DNA of 64,000 nucleotides from Fidelibacterota bacterium (GTDB lineage Bacteria; Fidelibacterota; Marinisomatia; Marinisomatales; UBA1611): NCBI GenBank assembly GCA_018658715.1, contig JABHUQ010000028.1, positions 5,663 to 69,662 of the forward strand, read 5' to 3'. Shown piece by piece: positions 60,352 to 64,000 of this stretch (position 1 is its first letter; each line of letters starts with the position of its first letter). The notes under the pieces were generated by a model. It saw only the letters and a program-made list of their open reading frames with translations, ran no database searches and was not told where the DNA came from. The position numbers and the translations under genes were made by a program.

Positions 60352-61779
60352 CTAGAATTCCATATTCAAGGAAAAGCGCATTGTATTAGTTAATGGATGT
60401 CCAACTTCTCCCGATGTGTAACCAAAATCGAAGCCGTACCCTGCGAATCGTAATCCAATTCCGACAGTAGGATTACTTATTTTTCCTGTTTTATCATAAT
60501 AATATCCTGCCCTTAAAGCAAAATATTCACCATACCAATATTCAAATCCAATATTATGGACTAATTTATCTAATTCATTATTGACACCACGGTCTTTGCC
60601 GCTCCCCACTTCTTTTTGTCCCCATTTATTATATTTTCCCCATTCAGAATCTCCAGGTTCTCCATCGGTCGGAATCATTTCACCTTCGCCATCATCCATA
60701 ATTCCATTTTGATTTTCATCAAACCAAGGGCTATCGTCAATTTTATCATTTCCATCTGCATCGACCCAGTCATAGCCACCAATAACACGATCACCTTCAT
60801 AGCCGGATTTATATTTATCCATATCTCCGCCTAATAGCCAATCATCTACCCATGATGTAAATAGAGCTAAATAAATAGGGTCCGTATGAGCCATTTCCAT
60901 TTTTCCATCGCTATTATAATCGCCAGTTCCATTATAATGCCCATCTTCATCATGAAGCCCAATATATCCATCTCCATCCCAATCCATATCAGGATAAGAT
61001 GCCACCAACATTTTGTTTACATCATATACAATATTGAGTTTATTGAATTCTGATTGGACTATAGCATAATTGATACCCATTACCAAATTTGTAGGTTGTG
61101 GGTCTGCTTGATCTGGGTCAATAAATGATACGCTTGGCCCAATATTAGATATATTTAGGCCAAAGTTTAATTTTGGAGTAAATAGTTCTTTTCTTAGATA
61201 ACCAACATCGAATCCAAAATCAGTTGAAGCACCTGTTCCTTTTTCACTCCCAGCTCCTAAATCAACAAGTTGTTGAAATGAAATTTTGGCATTAATACCA
61301 AAAGATGAATTTTGAGAAATTAGTGCACTATACGAAAGTGAAAAAGCAGTCATAAAACTGTTAAAAGTTCCTAGATTTTCCCCCACTTCATTTGTGCGAG
61401 TTTGTTCACCTAAACTTAAAAAGATCAAATGTCCGCCAACTGTACCGAGATTTTGATATTTTTTTCGGTAAGCTAGAAATTCGTAATACAAATCGTCAGC
61501 TAAATTGGGAAGCCAGTTTACATGCATCATGGCTAATTCAGAGCCTTCTAGAAAACCTAGACCAGCGGGATTCCAATAACTTGCATATGCATCGTCGGCA
61601 ATAGCAACTTGGGCTTCACCCATGCCACCAGCACGAGCTCCAGGTGCTATTAGTAAGAATATGGCCCCAGCTTCACTTTGGGCATTCGCAGGTATTGTTC
61701 CTGCTATAAGTAGGACTGAAAGTACGGTTATGATCCGCTTCATGAAACGTCTCCTGATTTTATTATATTTATAGCCCAT
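60352..61779 (-). CDS. PorV/PorQ-family outer-membrane protein (T9SS-associated) with a large acidic insertion
   Basis: The N-terminal motif is AIFLLIAPGARAGGMGEAQVAIADDAYASYWNPAGLGFL and the protein ends in Phe. The true start is probably the Met at 61743 (MKRIITVL...). Confidence 0.6.
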   Translation of the reverse strand: MGYKYNKIRRRFMKRIITVLSVLLIAGTIPANAQSEAGAIFLLIAPGARAGGMGEAQVAIADDAYASYWNPAGLGFLEGSELAMMHVNWLPNLADDLYYEFLAYRKKYQNLGTVGGHLIFLSLGEQTRTNEVGENLGTFNSFMTAFSLSYSALISQNSSFGINAKISFQQLVDLGAGSEKGTGASTDFGFDVGYLRKELFTPKLNFGLNISNIGPSVSFIDPDQADPQPTNLVMGINYAIVQSEFNKLNIVYDVNKMLVASYPDMDWDGDGYIGLHDEDGHYNGTGDYNSDGKMEMAHTDPIYLALFTSWVDDWLLGGDMDKYKSGYEGDRVIGGYDWVDADGNDKIDDSPWFDENQNGIMDDGEGEMIPTDGEPGDSEWGKYNKWGQKEVGSGKDRGVNNELDKLVHNIGFEYWYGEYFALRAGYYYDKTGKISNPTVGIGLRFAGYGFDFGYTSGEVGHPLTNTMRFSLNMEF

Positions 61780-61909
61780 TATAATTTGGGCAATTGTTCA
61801 CGATTTTTAGCGTTTATTTATTCTCGTACTCCCTTTCAGTGCTGGCGAATATATTCCAGTGTATTTCTTCAGTCAAGGAATGAATCAAATTATTAAAAGT
61901 TCCCATGAC

Positions 61910-63718
61910 TTATAATAATAGACCTAATGTTAATAATGGTACATATGTTATTAGTAAAACCGCAATAAGTCTAACAATAAAAAATGGTAATGTAGCTAAA
62001 TAAATTGTTGGCATATTTTCATCAAATCTATATGCTGCTAAAAATAGATTCATCCCTACGGGTGGCGTTAAAAAACCTAATTCTAAATTAGCGATAAAAA
62101 TAACAGCTAAATGAACAGGATCTATTCCAAAATATGCTCCCAAGGGAGCAATTAATGGAACAATAACGATAATTGCAGAAAAAATATCCATTAAACAACC
62201 GACTAATAATAGAAATATGTTTAATAAAATTAAGAAAAAGTATTTTGAAGCTATTGCCCCTTTCACCCAACTTAACAATAATATTGGAATTTGAGCATCC
62301 ACCAAGTAACTAGTAAGTCCCATAGCAACACCTAAAATCATAATGACACCACCAATGAGAGTTGCACTTTCTAATATGATACGCGGTATATCATTCCACG
62401 CCAAATCTTTATATACATATGTTTCAATAATAAATACATAGATTACGGACAATGCTGCTGTCTCCACTAATGTTGCAAATCCTCCAAAAACTCCGAATAA
62501 TATGAAAAAAGGTAAAATTAATTCCCAACGTGCTTCCCAGCTATGACGAATTGCATCATTTAAATTAAATTGATAATGTTTTACATGTTGAATCTTTCCT
62601 TGATAAATCGCCCATCCACTAATGAGAACGACTAATAATAATCCAGGGATTAGTCCACCCAAAAATACATCTTTTACACTTACACCTGCAGTGACTCCAT
62701 AAATAATTGCTGGTAAACTTGGTGGAAAAAGCAATCCAATGGAACCAGCTACTGTTATTAATCCTAATGAAAAATTTCTACTATATCCTTCTTTTAGCAG
62801 CATGGGTAATAATAAACCGCCTAATGCTAATATTGTTACTCCAGATCCACCCGTTAAAGCAGTAAAAAATCCACTCAATACAACGATAATGACTGGAGTC
62901 CCTCCAGGAACCCAGCCAAAAAGAGATCTAAAAACTTTAACAAGTCTTTCAGACGCATTGCTTTCTGCTAGGAGATATCCTGCTGTTGTAAATAATGGAA
63001 TCGTCGGTAAAGTTGGAGAAATGACTATTCTGTATGTTTCTGTTGGAATAGCTGATACAGGTGTAGAATCTGCCCAAAACATTAAAGCTGCAGTACCACC
63101 AAGTCCAATAAATATGGGTGCTCCATAAAATAATGAAAGAAGAATTAATACTAATCCAATCCATACAAATGGAGTCGGTTCAGAAATAGAATCTGTCAAA
63201 GCAAAAAATAAAAATATTATTAGAATAATAATGACACTTAATTGGTGCCTTTTTTTATTAAAACTTTTCTGGAATATTTGATATCCAATTAGAAAAAATC
63301 CAATGGGCATTATAATTTGCGCAACCCATCTCTCAATATTGGGGGCAATTTCAAAAGGATATTGATATTCGACTTTTATAAGTTGAAAACTACCCCATGC
63401 TAAAGTAATGATAACGATAAAAGAAACTGTTTTAGCAATAAATCTAGGGATGCTAAATGTTTCATCAACATTAAACAGTGGTTTATAGGTTAAAGCTAAT
63501 AGTTTATTTTGTCTCGAAGCTAGGACTGCTCCAATAAATCCGACCCATAAAGTCATATGTTGAACAATAACTTGGGAAGCAGGTAATCCATTTGTCTTAA
63601 ATATTCGCGCAATCGTTTCAATTGCTGGTAATAAAGTCATAGCAGCAACAATAATAAGAGCGATTGAATTTTCACCCCACTTTAGTTTTTCACCAATATT
63701 CTTTTTATGAATAGACAT
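61910..63718 (-). CDS. TRAP transporter fused small/large permease (DctQ-DctM)
   Basis: 602-aa polytopic protein. An approximately 160-aa DctQ-like N-terminus is followed by a DctM-like 12-TM region. Confidence 0.8.
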   Translation of the reverse strand: MSIHKKNIGEKLKWGENSIALIIVAAMTLLPAIETIARIFKTNGLPASQVIVQHMTLWVGFIGAVLASRQNKLLALTYKPLFNVDETFSIPRFIAKTVSFIVIITLAWGSFQLIKVEYQYPFEIAPNIERWVAQIIMPIGFFLIGYQIFQKSFNKKRHQLSVIIILIIFLFFALTDSISEPTPFVWIGLVLILLSLFYGAPIFIGLGGTAALMFWADSTPVSAIPTETYRIVISPTLPTIPLFTTAGYLLAESNASERLVKVFRSLFGWVPGGTPVIIVVLSGFFTALTGGSGVTILALGGLLLPMLLKEGYSRNFSLGLITVAGSIGLLFPPSLPAIIYGVTAGVSVKDVFLGGLIPGLLLVVLISGWAIYQGKIQHVKHYQFNLNDAIRHSWEARWELILPFFILFGVFGGFATLVETAALSVIYVFIIETYVYKDLAWNDIPRIILESATLIGGVIMILGVAMGLTSYLVDAQIPILLLSWVKGAIASKYFFLILLNIFLLLVGCLMDIFSAIIVIVPLIAPLGAYFGIDPVHLAVIFIANLELGFLTPPVGMNLFLAAYRFDENMPTIYLATLPFFIVRLIAVLLITYVPLLTLGLLL

Positions 63719-63729
63719 TATAGAAGGAA

Positions 63730-64000
63730 TTAAGGCTTTTCTTCCATTATTTGGATAACTTTATCAAAAATATCTTCGTTTATTGCATTTCCACGTAATA
63801 GTGGATACATTGTTTTTACTTCAGTTTCCCATAGTTTGATTTGATCCGGTGTCGGTTCATGAATTTGCAAACCATGTTTTTGCATAACATTTAGAGCATT
63901 TTCTTCCGCATAACGATTTTTTTCAATATGTTTATCTCTAATTTTATTCACTATTCCTTTCATAGCTTTTCTATCTTTTTCAGAAATTCGATTACAGGTT
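63730..64000 (-). CDS. TRAP transporter solute-binding protein (DctP-like), C-terminal part; gene continues beyond the window
   Basis: The frame is open from 63730 to the window edge. Its position is immediately upstream of the fused DctQM gene. The family call rests mostly on synteny. Confidence 0.55.
   Translation of the reverse strand, partial: TCNRISEKDRKAMKGIVNKIRDKHIEKNRYAEENALNVMQKHGLQIHEPTPDQIKLWETEVKTMYPLLRGNAINEDIFDKVIQIMEEKP

Noticed and set aside
1-64000. CRISPR arrays, IS elements, integrases, prophage or defence-island genes.
   Set aside because: No repeat-spacer periodicity was seen, and no transposase, integrase or phage-like ORFs. Intergenic spacers are short, and genes flanking the tRNAs are housekeeping genes.

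Overview
This is an AT-rich, very gene-dense bacterial chromosomal window, with about 60 protein genes, 3 tRNAs and short intergenic spacers. I found no CRISPR array, IS element, integrase or phage gene.

The content is mostly housekeeping. Translation genes are infA, leuS, glnS, gltX, obg and rsmD. Chaperone and division genes are grpE-dnaJ and ftsEX. Cofactor and central metabolism genes are coaD, nadD and a monomeric icd. DNA-uptake genes are comEC, dprA and comEA.

Several markers point to an uncultured member of the Fibrobacteres-Chlorobi-Bacteroidetes (FCB) superphylum, possibly a marine Marinimicrobia-like lineage. They are a gldA/F/G-type ABC operon, a PorV-like porin, two proteins with type IX secretion (T9SS) C-terminal sorting domains, BamD, and grpE-dnaJ without dnaK. 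This placement is inference only.

The most notable observations are:
- A gene the ORF track truncates. The minus-strand frame 30607..32397 is open except for one TGA that sits exactly at the first Cys of a thioredoxin CxxC motif. This suggests a T9SS-exported UxxC selenoprotein. It lies next to selU and a TlpA / outer-membrane barrel cluster.
- Two tandem 78-aa paralogues, each with a hydrophobic N-terminus, an acidic spacer and a roughly 25-residue poly-lysine tail. Each has its own terminator.
- An RNase HII-YraN fusion.
- A giant hybrid kinase, a CheY and a receiver-adenylate-cyclase whose N-terminus carries kinase-less DHp-like helices.
- An envelope cluster made of a PorV-like protein, an M6-like protein with a degenerate HExxH, and a fusion of an HExxH domain, a propeller and a barrel.

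All calls come from reading motifs in the supplied translations and DNA. No database search was possible, so family names are recognition-level assignments.
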